Notes under the pieces: generated by a model | Told to the model about the DNA's origin: nothing | Databases searched by the model: none | Seen by the model: the letters and a program-made list of their open reading frames with translations, nothing else | Made by a program: the position numbers and the translations under genes | Shown here: piece after piece, positions 25,401-40,600 of the stretch | Layout: each line of letters begins with the position of its first letter | Position numbering within the stretch: the first letter of the stretch is position 1 | From: Antedon mediterranea | Taxonomy: Eukaryota; Animalia; Echinodermata | Direction of reading: 5' to 3' | Length of the DNA stretch: 64,000 bases | Assembly (NCBI RefSeq): GCF_964355755.1 | Contig: NC_092680.1 | Location: 1,922,001 to 1,986,000 of the forward strand

Positions 25401-28400
25401 TGTTCCATTCATTCCACAAGCTCCAAGTAAACATTCGTCAGTGTCTGTAAAGTACATTAATAAGAGTATTCATAATTTGCATATCAAGATGGTTATTTTA
25501 ATTAAACAATTAAACTACTTTCTTTCTAGCATTATTATCAATCAATCAATCAATCAATTATTTTTGTATATTTATTTTGTTTTGTATTTATTTTCTTCCT
25601 CAAGCTTAACTGAAAACTGAAGAAATTCGGATCCACGGCAGCCAGCAGTGCAGCGCCTACAAGATTAGCACACCGGAAGATGATCCCCTACTCTTTGCGA
25701 ATAGTGTACCAAGTTCTTTTACTACGTACACGGGACCAATGACTTTTCATCCCATCCCATCAAATATTTATCACAATAGACATAAACACATCTTTAACAA
25801 CATAATGGTATGATACAAGTCATCAATAATAATAATAATAATACTTACCAACGCACTGGCTTCTATCATCAGTAGGTGAAAAACCTTGGTTACACAGGCA
25901 TTCATATGCTCCTGGTATGTTAGAGCACGCACCATGATTGCAGAGGTTTACATTCTCAGCACATTCGTCCTTATCTATAACATTGTAAAACATCTTATGT
26001 GAATTTTGAATTTATTTACATATAAAGTGAAATCACTTTGGACATTCCTATTCTTTCATTCATCTTTTATTTCGGAAAAAAAAGTAATTCTCCATAACTC
26101 AATAACAAATTATTAATTAATTAAGGAGACACTTTTCGCTAGAGACAAATGGGTGGCAAAAGATGTTTTTATAGTAAGGCCACTTTTTAAAGCACACTTT
26201 GTTTGGTCTTGAAGGTATTTTTTAAATTTTTAATAACCTAAAAACTAAAGATAAGTTATGGTCATCTACCAACGACACGATATGGATAGGTAATTGGTCA
26301 TCGTAATTTAAAAGATCTAGTAAGGGGACACTTTCCTGTGAACAGAACGAGGGGCATATATATGTTTAATCCCCATGGTGAAACCCTATTAAGGGGATAT
26401 TTTGATGTGAGTAGATCAAGGAGCATTATATGTTGTAACCCTATCAAGAGGACACTCCTGTCAAAGGGACACTTTATACGGTCCCTTAATAGTTGGTCTA
26501 TTGTAACTGATGCATACTGACCTATACAGTTCCTCTCATCAAATGTCAATGAATAACCATATGGGCATGTGCAGGTATGACCACCAGGTGTATTCAAGCA
26601 TTGAGCATTACCACGGCAACGGTGTGTGTTTAACAAGCACTCATCAATATCTAAAAATAACACATTTTTGATTTATTTATTTATTTATTTATTTATTCTT
26701 TCTTTTGACTGAATTGCATTTTCAGTAACGCAGTACTGCTTTCCAAAATGGTCCAGTTATAAGTTTAAAAGTAAATAAAAATTATAACATAAATAGATAG
26801 TTAGACTGTGAAATGTTCTGCAGACTTAATGTACTTTCTTAATATCTTGTTTGTATTAAATATAAGTCACACTACATTTTAAAAATCAATAATTTATTTA
26901 GTCTAAATATAAAATAGTTTAAATATAAAATAATACTTGCCTCTGCACTTGAGAGCCATTTCGTCATAAACATAGCCCAGGAAACAATCGCACCTGAATC
27001 CCATGTTGTCATTGACTGGTATGCACTGGCCATTTTCACAAATATCTCCAATCATAGTACACACTGAAACAAAACAAAATATACTTTAAACAATGTACTC
27101 TCTGTTAACATGTTTTAGATGAAGGAAAATTGGACCTAGTAGACAACATATTCTCAAGCCAGTAATTAAATCAATCAGATAAATTGATACACCAAGAATC
27201 TGGAAAGTTAGAGAGAGAAAAGGTATGTTTTCGGTCATATTTTGAAATAGATAGACAGAGCTTTAAAAAGCTTTTAAAACAAATATCTTACTTTTCATGA
27301 GATCCATGGGCTTAGTACCACATAGTGATGCGTAGTCATCAGAGCCATATGAAGGGCAGGCCTCGCAATTTTCACCCCAACCAACAGCAGCAACACTGGA
27401 GCAGCAGCACATCATCTTTGTAATCGTTGAATCTAGCGGCATTGTGCAATGGTTGGTGGAATTCTTCATCTTGTAACAATAGCGTTCGCGTACATCTGCA
27501 ATTTAATATAGACTAAATTTTCACATTTAGTAAAAAAAATTACCATATATAAACATTTTATACCGAATGTAACAAAAGTTTTAAATTATATAAACACAAA
27601 CCATCCTGCCCATAACGGAGTAAAATGGCATAAACAGTTGAAAGACGACAAGAAGCGCAACTGATGATGATATCGAAAATGTTTTAGCAAATTGAATCAA
27701 AAGATGATTAACTGATAACAAATGACTGAATACAAAAAATAACTACCTACCAAGACAGAAGAGACCTCGGAACTGATTATATGTCAAGATGTATTCGGCA
27801 GGACATTCACAAGTGTAGTTGCCAACAGTGTTCTGACAATAACCAGGAGAGCAGACAGTTGGAGATTCGACACATTCATTTATATCTTAAATTATAGAAA
27901 GAATAAAAATGTAATGTATACAACGAGAACAGCTATTAGCAATCTGTACACGAGCCAAAAATGGATTAATCTTAGCTATGTCTACACTATCAAACTTTAC
28001 ATGAACAAAAATTATGTGCTCATATATGGACATGATGATGTCATATCACTACCATATTTGAGCACATCACACTTTTATTTTGTCAAACTAGTTTAATGGT
28101 GAAGACAATAAAAGAGATGGATTAAGGAACCTGGAGTATCAGCATTTAACATAATTTAATATTTATAGGTTTTTTTAAATGATGCCTTTAAGTATTTTCT
28201 TTTTATTAAGCCATTTAGAGTTTCTTGATATGGATAAAATATTTCCAAAATAAAAGAAATTGATGAAGTATTAACTTGGTAAATCTCACTGTTCTCAATT
28301 ACTAACATTCAAGATTACATTGAAACTTTAAACATGTTGGAGAGACACGCCCTTTGGCAATAGTTGTCTTTGACAGCTCTTGTCTCTACTTAGTGCTCTG

Positions 28401-31400
28401 TTTTTTTATGTTTCACTGTTAGGAATAAATAAATAAATGAACTTTGAACTAACCTTCACACACTTTCATCTGCTCATCATACCTGAGTCCATCTGGACAG
28501 GTACACTTGTAGCTGCCAAAGGTGTTGATACATTTTCCTCCCTCACAGATTTTATCTAACTCTAAACACTCATTGATATCATCAAGCACACCAGTTTCTT
28601 TGTCTGGTCTGAAGCCAGATCCACCAGGACACAGCAGATTGAACTCGGCTACAAAATAACAAAAGATTCTTGAGTCTAAGACCCTATTTACACAAGACAT
28701 AGACAGATGCAATTCAGTGTACTTACAAATGAATGATGTTGCATTACAATTCATTTACTTCATTGGGCTCTTAAGCTCTGTCTACACTATCCAACTAGTT
28801 TGACAAAAAAAGTGTGATATGCCAAAATATGGTAGTGATTTTTTAAATTTATTAAACCTTATTTAGCGAGGGTGACCCTAAACAGCATATGCTGACAATC
28901 AAGAGGCCCTCATATAAACAATATGCCCAAATATCATATGTCTATATATAGACACATCACATTTTTTTGTCACAAAGTTTGAAAGTGTAGACAGAGCTTA
29001 AGATTTACAATCATTCATCAGGTTAAAATACAATATATAGTATATATCCAAAAGGAGCCATTGAATTATATACAATCAACTCTAATACCGGACACAATTG
29101 AACTGGGCTATGTCAGGCATCCTGGAAAAAAAACACACTTACTTGAGTTTACTTTTGGACATGGCTCGCATGGATTACCCCAACCCTTGCCCATAGAACA
29201 ACAACAAGATGCACGAGCTGTGTTGATATCTAGCAGACCGGTACACTTTTGATCAGCCGTGTCTCCTCGACCACTCTCACTGTGCATTGCGTAACAACTA
29301 CCAATACGTAAATCTAAAAAGGAGAATAAATAATGTTATCATTAAAATTTATTTACGCCATTTTATTTTATTTTATACCCAATTCACATACACAAAATAG
29401 AACATATTGTAACAAATTATCTTTTATAAAATTATATTTCTATAAATATTTGTCTACATTTTGTTACCTTTTCATTTTTTATGGAATATCATGTAAGACA
29501 AATGTATGTAGTATCAAACTTGAATCTTAATTTGTAAACACTTACAACTGCAAAGCAATAAAGTACCAGTGCTTTGTAGTATATGGTGCCACATCAATTA
29601 AAAAAAGTTCTTGTTTAAAATTAATGCTATTTGTGTATTGTATTACAATAGTAGCAAATGGTGCCACATCTATTACAAAGTTATTGTGTACTGTCATCTA
29701 TAAACCTCAACTTACCAACACATACGGTGTTAGACAATGTAAGGCTGAAATTTGGTGGGCAATCACAATTAAAGCTTCCCCATGTGTTGATGCATGTACC
29801 ACTCTGGCAGAGGCTAGGATCTCGAGTACATTCATCAATATCTGAAAGTATAAACAATATCGTAATACTAACCTTCAATTTTTTCTAGATTGTTGGCATT
29901 TTTGTTTGAACCATTCTCACTAAAATTAAATCATTTTGAGAATTTTAATTGTAGAAAACTCAATTTTCAAAATAGGGAACAGCATAATTACACAAGCATT
30001 TCTATTTTCTATACAAATGGAATAGTTGTGTAATGCAATTCATACAGCCAATGCCCTTAATGCGATGTCTGATCATTTTGACTCACCTGTACAATTGCCA
30101 CCTGTCTGGTCCTTCTCAAAACCTTCCCAGCATTGGCATCTAAACATTCCAGGTACGTTGATACATTGACCATAAGTACAAATTTCAGGGAATGTAGTAC
30201 ATTCATCAATATCTAAACATAGAAAATGTTTAATAGATTAGATAGAAAATACAACTACAGGCTACAGGGGAGATCCAGGATTTTCTGGTAGAACACAACC
30301 TCTGTCAATAGTATCAAACTAGTTTGACAAAAAAGGTGTGATGTGCCTAAATATGGTATTCATATGCCCAAATATGGTAGTAATATGACATCATCATTTC
30401 CATGTATGGGCATATCACATTTTTTTTGTCAATTTGATAGTGTAGACCGAGCTTAACATATAAAACCAATTCGCTTCAAAGACCACTTGTTTCTAATCTA
30501 ATTTAGACTATACACACATATGTAACATTATGTTAATTTTAACACTTCCTTTTTACACTCTATGAACCTGAATTAATATTTGATATTTAAATCATTGTTT
30601 AAAGAACATTTATTATCATTTTACAAATAAAAAAAAAAATACTTGTTGCAGGATTTAGCTTTTATTATTATTTAAGTATTAGTTTTTAGGCTAGTTTCAA
30701 AGACCACTTGTTTCTAATCTAATTTAGACTATACACACATATTTAAGTATTAGTTTTTAGGCTAGTTAGGAACGTAGGGGGACACAACTAATTAAGCTCT
30801 TTATGTTATGTATTCATATATTGTTGTATTTTTTTTTTTGAATAAAGAATATTTGATTTTATTTGATTTTAAGTGCATTTACCTTCACATTTATCTTGGT
30901 TTTCAGAAGCAAAGAAGCCAGTTTCACAATCACAGACATAGGCTCCTGGCGTGTTCAGACACTGACCATTGATACACAGGTTAGGATTGCGAGTACACTC
31001 ATCAATATCTGTAATGATGCAGTATTTTAATATTATAAGAAACAAAATTGGGGTTATATGTTAAATATAAAGGTAATCAGAGGTACTGCATTAAATATTA
31101 ACTCTGATGATCATCTTGGCAATTAATTAAAATAAATAACAACACATAACAATGTGTTTTTACAGTATTATTAACCATAGTACTAAGTCTCAGTCAAACT
31201 GGAAAGCACAGATTTTCTGAAGCGGAGTAAATTTTAATTCTAATACCAAAACAAGTAGAGTTTATGATATGCAAAGTATTACATGATCAAAATTTTAAAA
31301 TGTGACGATAATCATATTAATAATTTAGATCTTGTTTACCTGTACAAGTTCTGCCATCGCCAGTGAATCCAGCCTGACATCTACATTGGTATGTTCCAGG

Positions 31401-34400
31401 TTGGTTAATGCACAAAGCATTCAAATGACACTCATCTATCTGTGTGTCACATTCATCAACATCTAAAAGTCAAAAGAATTACTCTATGATATTGTGCTCT
31501 TAAGAAAATCTATAATTACAAACAAAAATATGAAGATGACCGCGAGAGGCGTTTACGACGCAGGGGCTGTTCAAATGTACCTGTCGAGGGGTGTTCATAT
31601 TCTTGGAATACTGTTATTTTTGTGTCTACAAGAAGGGAAATGTATTGGCAAATTTGGCATGCTAGTTTGGCATGTTAGTTTGGCATGTCATTTATTTGCC
31701 ATTGGGGTGGTGTAAAAATAATTTGAAAAACTTGCCTACACAGCTGATACCATTGCCTTCAAAACCTGGTTTGCAATCACACACAAATGAACCCTTGATG
31801 TTGATACATTCTGAGTTCATAGCACAGTTGTGCACTCCCATCTCACATTCATTAATATCTGAAAGTAAACAACTTGATTTATTTATTTTTTTATTTTTAT
31901 TTTATTTAGTCAAAACCAACAGCGATAAATACCGCCACTAACAGGTTTGAAACATAAAACAATACAACATAAAAAACAGTTAACAATAAAATACAGATAA
32001 AATATATAAATATACTGTATATATATATATAACATAGATCGGCATGCCATAAACAATTTCAATTTAAAATTTATATTAATCAAACAGGTTATGCAGGGTA
32101 GTCAAGAAGTGAACACATAATCGTCCTCTTAAAATAACCAAGTCTATTAAAATGTACGATTTGTTATTAATACCTCCTCCAGAATAAGTGAGAGGTTATG
32201 TGGTCGGTCGTGTGTGGGGGTGTTTTTGTGAGAGGTTATGTGGTCGGTCGTGTGTTTTTGTGAGAGGTTATGTGGTCGGTCGTGTGTTTTTGTGAGAGGT
32301 TTTGTGGTCGGTCGTGTGTGGGGGTGTTTTTGTGAGAGGTTATGTGGTCGGTCGTGTGTTTTTGTGAGAGGTTATGTGGTCGGTCGTGTGTTTTTGTGAG
32401 AGGTTATGTGGTCGGTCGTGTGTTTTTGTGAGAGGTTTTGTGGTCGGTCGTGTGTGGGGGTGTTTTTGTGAGAGGTTATGTGGTCGGTCGTGTGTTTTTG
32501 TGAGAGGTTATGTGGTCGGTCGTGTGTGGGGAGTTTTTGTGTTTGTTTCTTTCTATATTCGTTAGCATGATTACACAAAGTGTTATTGAGGCTGATTTTC
32601 ATAAAATCTTAAAGGATGTTTTCATAGCTGTATGTGAACAATGCCCTTCTAGTTAATATTGTGGTTTATGTATGATTTGTTTTATATTATAAATACTGTA
32701 GTCTCAGACAATTACACCAGTAAGTAGGTTCTACTTATTTATTTTATTTCACCTTATTTATAGAGGGTGACCTAAACAGCGTATGCTGACAATCAAGGGG
32801 TCATCTTGATGAGTTATGATAAGTGTCTGTGTATGACAGTGTTCCCAGTGGCTCCTTAGTTTATTGTTCTGTCAGACTTACCTAAACATCCCATACGTCC
32901 AGGTTTCATTGCATATCCCATTTCACAGTGGCAAAGGTATGATCCGCGTGTATTCTCGCAACGCCCATCCAGGCATATCGTTGGATTCAGATCGCACTCG
33001 TGGAGATCTAAACAGTTTTTGTTATCAGCAGAAACTCGGAATCCAGCAAAACATGTACAGGTATAAGAACCAGGCTGATTGGTACACATGCCACCCCCAC
33101 AGACATTCAGGTCCTCTACACATTCATCTACATCTGTTTAAAGAAAATAAGAATTATATATGATTATTATATAAATAATAAATGACACTAAGAATATTTT
33201 TATGATTTTTTTTTCAATTCAATCATCTTTATTGCAGCTTAACTTGTGTACAATTATGTTTTGGTTTATAACAGATCATCTCAATGTCAAATAAATATAT
33301 GTAAGAAAAATTACATTTTTTAAAGTTTGTTTAGTCTTTTGAGTTAAGAAAGATGGACTAATCTATTTAATAAAGCAGACTTAATGAATGCACACTGAAG
33401 GTTGATTTTTGACATACACTAATGCCAATGCATCCAAGTATAAAGGTACATATTATATTTATTTTTTGGAAGTTCCCATTTGAATACTGTTGTAGAACAT
33501 AAACATAAATTCAAGCATAGAAAAGCATTCAATTAAAGGAAGATTTTTTAGTGGTACATCAGTTACATGTATTTCAAAGGTGTACTTACCTACGCATGTT
33601 TTTCCATCTGGTAGAAGGAGGTAGCCTGGGTTGCATTCACACAAAAAGCTTCCTAAGCTGTTCTTACAAATGTGATCACACCCTCCGTTGTTCATGTCAC
33701 ACTCCTGGATATCTGAAATAAACACAAAAAAAATATAATATCATTTTAGCCTCTGAACAATACTACTCAATGAAATATGGTGATTCTGTTAAATTCTTGG
33801 CAATATTTTACATATCTGCTCTGAAATCAATAGGCATGTAAACATGGTCATGTTTTATGCCTTATAGGGCCTGTTCACACTTATAAAATAACTAAGGCTG
33901 AACAAGCCTACTGACTCAACCATGTTTATGTTTTGAAGTTCCTGTTTCCACTAGTAAATTTATTAGCTAACACTTTACTGTAACTGTACCTTGGCATGCT
34001 TTAAAGTTGACAGTTGATTTAAATCCAGCATTACACAGACAACGATAACTTCCAAGAATGTTATGACATCTTCCATTAGAACAAATGCCATGAGTTGTAG
34101 AACATTCATTTACATCTGAAAAAAAAATCATAAATCGTACTTATAAAGAAATTTATTTATTTTATTTTATTTCAACTTTATTTATAGAGGGTAACCCTCC
34201 CAGCATGAACCCGCAGGTCAGCTGATATCCAGAAGCCCTCTTAAAAATGACAAAACATATAAAACTATAATTAACTAATACGAATCTACTATATACATTT
34301 AAATTTAAAACAATTATCCAAAAAATAATTATCTAAACAAATATTCAATTAGACAATTACGATAAAATGGATAAATTGTTTATTTTCTATATCTTTCTTT

Positions 34401-37400
34401 ATCAGCTTACTTGCGTTTAATAAAATGAAAATAAAGAAACGAGTATTACCTCTGCAGGAAAGTCCATCAGGTGAAAGCTCTTGCCCTTGTGGACATATAC
34501 ACTCAAAAGTTCCCATTAAGTTATTGCATGTGCCTCCTTTACACATCTCATAATTTGCTGTACACTCATCAACATCTGAAAAAAGAAAATGAAATTATTT
34601 ACCTAAAGTAACGCTCTGTTTATACAATCAAACTAGATTGACAAAAAATGTGATGGGTCCAAATATGGTAGTGATGTGTCCAAATATGGTAGTTATATGA
34701 CATCATCATATATTCATATATGGGCACATCATATTTTTTGTCACATAAAGTTTGATACATTAGACAAAGCTTAACATATACACGTTGTGTCTGGGAGCGA
34801 GTTAAAGCCAAAAACAAAATAGAATTCAAACATTGATTGGTAGAAGTGTGCGTAGGGGCGTGTCAGATGAGATACAGTAGTAGTACTCATCATGATATGA
34901 TACACAGGCATAAGCCATATCTCCCAGTGGTGCCTATCTCCCAGTGGTGTCTATCTCCCAGTGGTGCCTATCTCCCAGTGGTGTCTATCTCCCAGTGGTG
35001 CCTATCTCCTCTCTGGTCTGGCGGGTTTTTTTTACTAACTTACCCATACACATTTGATCCATCATAACGCCCTCAAAGCCTTCAAAACAATCGCAGACGA
35101 ATGCACCAGGACGATTTACGCAGGTTCCATTTCCGCATACATTACCCATCAATGTACACTCATTGATATCTATCATGAAAAATAAGTAATAACATATAAA
35201 TTTGAATTCGGTACACAACTCTAATTATTAATTGTATTTAAATAATTTATATGGAGTGTTTTGCATTATTTTATTTATTCATTCCTATTTTACCACCTGA
35301 CCTGACCTGACCTCCCTTAAAACTTATCTACCAGATTTACAAAGTCCTGGAAAAAGGGTTCTTCTTTTACCAGAATCAGTTCTAGCCTTTAAAGATCTGT
35401 CCACACTATTGATAGTATAGACAGAGCTTTAGAAGAAGAATCAGAAGAACTGAATATTGTAGAATATTCATGAGAATTTTGCGATTTTAATATTATTAAA
35501 TTAACAATTTTCTTGCTGAATCTTGAATATAATTTTGGCAGATAGAACATTCTCAATAAGATTTGAACATTTTTTACCTATTCAATATCTAAACAAAAGC
35601 AAAGAAGACACTAAATTGATTTGAGTTAAATGGAAGTGGGCTTTCTTTACTTTTGTTCTTTCTTTGGATATGGCGTTAACTTACCAAAACAAGAATAATC
35701 AAACTGATCCAGTGCGAATCCTTGGTCGCACTCACAGTAATAATCTCCAATATTGTTCTCACATATACCATCTGCACATAAGTTTTCAAATACAGAACAT
35801 TCATTGATATCTGCAAAGACAACAAAAGAAAAATATATTAAAACTAGTCGTTGCCCATCCAAAATGGTAGAGAATTACCGAACACAGCAGTTGCGAAGAA
35901 ATTGATCTAAAAAACACATTTTTTGTACAAAGAGCTTTACATCCCATCTGAAGAACAAGGAAAAAATGAAGTTTGTGTTGTCTCAAGATGCAAGCAATAA
36001 GGCAGACACAGGACTCGAACCCATACCACTCATATGCTATCTTATATCAATTTATTATTAAAGTACAAAACAAGAGAACTATACCATTGATGAGTATGGA
36101 TCCATCAAGAAGGTCAGTTCGTATTCTTGTATCAGCAAAGCCATGACCTCTGGGGCAAAGGGCGTCATATTCCTCTGAAAAATAAAAAAAGTAATAAATT
36201 GGTAAGCCTAACTTGATAAATAAAACATTATAACTATATTATTATATTATTACATAATTATGACATGATGATGATGCTATATATTTTTAATGTCTAGAGT
36301 TTAAAGTTTTGACTAATTGTTCATTTCTTATTAATAAAGCTTATGTCTTTGACATTATCAATCCTTAACTAGTTTTACATAAGCAAAAACATTGACACAT
36401 GCAAGGCCTGTCAGTATGTTAAGTAAAGGTTGCTACACACAATAATCTAGATCTATATAAAAATACATTTTCTTTTTTTAGAATCCAATAAAATGATGTC
36501 ATGATCAATAAAATTATTGTATCATCACTCTTATTAATCATGATATCATCATTTGATTGGACAGTCAAAATCAAAGACAGCATAAATAGTTCTAGAAAGA
36601 AGGCAATCGAGCTTGATGGAATAAAATAATTTAATTTAATTTAAAGAAAACTTTCCTAATTTCTTTTGTTTTATGTTTAAAAAAATGGGCCTTAAGTATC
36701 TTACCTGATCCACGAACAGGGCAAGCAGTACACGCCCCTAAACTGCCCCAGGCTGCACCAATAGAACAACAACAAACAGAGTTACGATATAACCCATCTA
36801 CTGGTTCCATACACGTTCCTTCTACATAGTCCAAGTAACATTCATAACTTCTAAGATCTGTAATTAATCAAATTATTTTTAAGCTCAAAATTCCATACAT
36901 GTTTAATCAGGAAAAAATGACTGGGTTAATAATGTTCAGCGCTTAAAGGTTTCACAACATTAGGCGCTATATAAATCTAGGATATCATATTATTATACCC
37001 CTTTTACACCACCAGCAAAAACGCGAAGTTGATCCGGAATTGTGTAAACCGTGTCATACCCGGCATTGTCAACGTAAAAAGTTACATTTAATTCAGAAAT
37101 GAGCCCACAATAAAAAAGACAGGGCAATGGTTGAAAATATATTATTTGTAAATAAACATGTATATTAAGTATGTTGAAGACATATTTTTTTACCTATATT
37201 TTTATACGTACAATGTTTATATATTTTCATAATTATTTTGGTTAAACTTCAATTTTAAATGTTTTATTTGAGATTGTAATCAACTTTCCTCGTATCGTAT
37301 CACTGTAAGTGAATGGTGCTGCTTTTAACAAATAATACATAAAGTATACCTATACAGTTTCTGCCAGTGTTATCAAGTGAGAGTCCCACTGCACAAACAC

Positions 37401-37577
37401 ATCTGAATGAACCCATGCTGTTTTCACAGTCACCATTTCTACATGCCATCATGTCCAACTCACATTCATTGATATCTGTAAAGATAAAAATGACATCAAC
37501 AATTTATATATTACAATATTTAATGTATACTTCATATTCATTGAGCACTCTGGAGTGGTATGTGCGCTATAAAAATC

Positions 37578-37608
<31 letters not shown>

Positions 37609-40600
37609 TTGATATTGATTGATGTACCGTATAGAGATAATAATAACATCAGTAATTTATTTACAGTAACAGTTTAAATTAATACTTAAATATGTATTGT
37701 CCCCCAATAACATAAAAATAAATATAATAAAATCAGACTTTGAAGAGGCCATTTTGCAGTTTTAATAACGTTATTCACTTTCATAGAAAAAATCAAATTA
37801 TTTCACTTTCTTTTCTTTTTATTGTATATTATGTATTTTGCCAAGGATAACCATAAGCGAATTCATTCACTATCCTTCTGAAGGGTGGCAATCCTGTTCA
37901 CAAGACAAACATATACACAAGTCTTATTACAAGTCTTTCGGAGTGGAGATGTAATTTGTCATTAGAAAAAATTGAACTCAGGACCCTTGGATTGGTACCC
38001 AAGCATCATAACCACCAAGACACTTTATGTTTTTGGGGGACACTATATCTTTAAATTATTATTCTTCTTCATACCAACACATTGACTGTTCTCAAACACA
38101 AATCCTCTTTGACATTCTTGGACCTGTGCTGCTGGACATGCCTCGCATGGACTGCCCCATGCTTTACCAAATGTTGAACAACACTCATCTCGTCGCATTA
38201 CACCCATGATGTTTGCTTCACAGCGACCTTCCCTGATCTGGGTCCAGCATGTACCTAGACGACGATCTGCAAAACATGTCAAATTAATATTTGTTATGAT
38301 GTTGTTTTGTTTGCCCATACAAGGAAGTTATGATATGCAGTATGTAAAAACCCTATTAAGGGGACACCTCAAAGTGTCTCCTTAATATGGGTTTCCACTG
38401 AATAAGGGTTGGCTGTTCAAATATACATTTCCATCATAAAGCCTTGTCTACACAATCAAACTAGTTTGACAAACAAATGTGATGTACCCATAATTATATG
38501 GACATGATGATGTCACACTGACAGAGCTTTAAGGAGGGTTTTACAGTAATTATAACATACCTAAACATTGAGTTCCTGTCTCATCAATTTCAAGACCTGG
38601 CAGACGACATTCACATCGAACACCACCAGCTGTGTTCACACAAATGGCATTCACACAAGGATTATTTTCATCACATTCATTTATATCTGAAATTCAAATA
38701 CAAAATTATTATTAACACTATGGGATTTATTTATAAATTATATCCAATTCAGTTTATTATTTCAAATATTTCATAAGAAAATTAGAAATGTGCAAGAGTA
38801 CTAATGACACAAAATGAATGTCTATATTAGAATGCCTCTCATTGGATAATAAAAGACCTCCCACAGACTATGCAAGCATTGTCTGCAATAGTTGATTTTA
38901 CCCCCAGAGAGCAAGAGCTGTAAAAATGTTTAAATCAACTTTAGGCCAACGTTTTGTAGACAAACCATGACCTTTCGGATGTGCCAAGAATATTGTTTGC
39001 TGTCCATTTGAATTCATTGAACATTTATAATGAAATATGTTTTCATTAAATATATTATTAAAAACAAAACACAAACTGAGTATTAATGAAGATCATTTTT
39101 GTTTGGCTGTTTGAATTTTATCTTTTCACTTGGTCATTTCATAATGATCAAGACAGCAAAAAAATGGCAAAATTTAATTTGATTATGAGATGAGAAACAT
39201 ACATACCAATACATACGATGTTCGCACTATCAAATTTATATCCCTCTGGGCATTCACATTCGTAGCTTCCAGCGGTGTTTCGACAAACACCACGTTCGCA
39301 CAGAAGTCTGTTTAATACGCAATCATCAATGTCTATAAAAAAAAAGAAAGGGAAAGTTTAGATAAATAAATTAAACACTACAGACTGTTTCTCTAAGGTA
39401 ATAAAAAATCATCAGGTGATCGGCTCTGAGTTGGAGTAAAGAATAATGTGATGTGCAATTAATTCAGAGGATTGGAAGAACTGTTTATGTAGTTAATTTA
39501 TGCAAGTATCACTTATTGTTTATTTGGCTAGTCTATTGTTTGTCTATAGTCTTCTAAGTCTGCATGTACTGAATAATTTGTTCTTTTGTGTCAATGTCAA
39601 TGCTTGAATGCTTTTTGAAGTTTATTTTGAACATTATTAAAGCAAATTTGAACTCATGTTCCTACTTATTATACCTAACAATGTTTTTATTATTATAACA
39701 TGTCACTATGTTTTGATCAAACTTATAGTAAACAAACGTTTTTACCCATTATTCTTCAGGTGAATTTAAAATTAAATTATCACTCTCAAAATTATCTAGA
39801 TTACTAATTTCCCAAACTACTTATGCAATTAATAATCTTTATTAGGAAGGAGTTGAGTGGTCAGAGTTTATGACCCCCTATCTTCATCAGGAGACCCCCT
39901 ACCGATATCGGGGGACACTTATCTCCATCAGGGGGTTCCCCAAAACAGTCTGTAATTAAAACGCCTGCAGTTGACTTTCCCTTCACAAAAACAGCCAATT
40001 AAAAACAATAAAGTGTATTAGCTAGTTGAAGTGTACTTCCTATAATAACAAACTTCTTGACCAAGAGTTCAGACATAACAATGAATGGCATGTTTAAACT
40101 GAAACATATGAAGTATTCATTTATACATTATTTCACTAAGAAACAGTTATAAAAATTCTTTAAACAATTTCTTTTTTTAATTTCTATATATATTTATATT
40201 TTTGTAAATCTTAAACCTTTGTTTTTCTGTGTGAATTTTGGATATTTGAATAAATAAATAAAATGTCCAATCCAATAAAAACCAATTAACAGGACAAAAA
40301 CTTCAGAAATATATGAAACATATCGAAAAAGCAAAGCAAAACTAATTTATAAAAATGCACACAAATAATGAAAGCAAAAATAGAACATGATTGTATACTG
40401 TATGCCAATAAAAAAACATTTGTTGGCAAACAAAAATAAATAAAAACACATTTTTAGAACTGAAGTCAGTTGTATATTGCAGTTTTAGGTGTAAAAATTA
40501 AAGTTATGTGTAAATAACAAAACCAATAAATATATTATACGAAAAGGTTGTTTATTGGAAAGAAGGGGCCCTCTATGCTTTTTAATATACATTTAGGCAA

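Noticed and set aside
32864-33163. + strand ORFs antisense to fibrillin exons (also 41116-41442, 45345-45755)
   Set aside because: Shadow ORFs of the real minus-strand exons.
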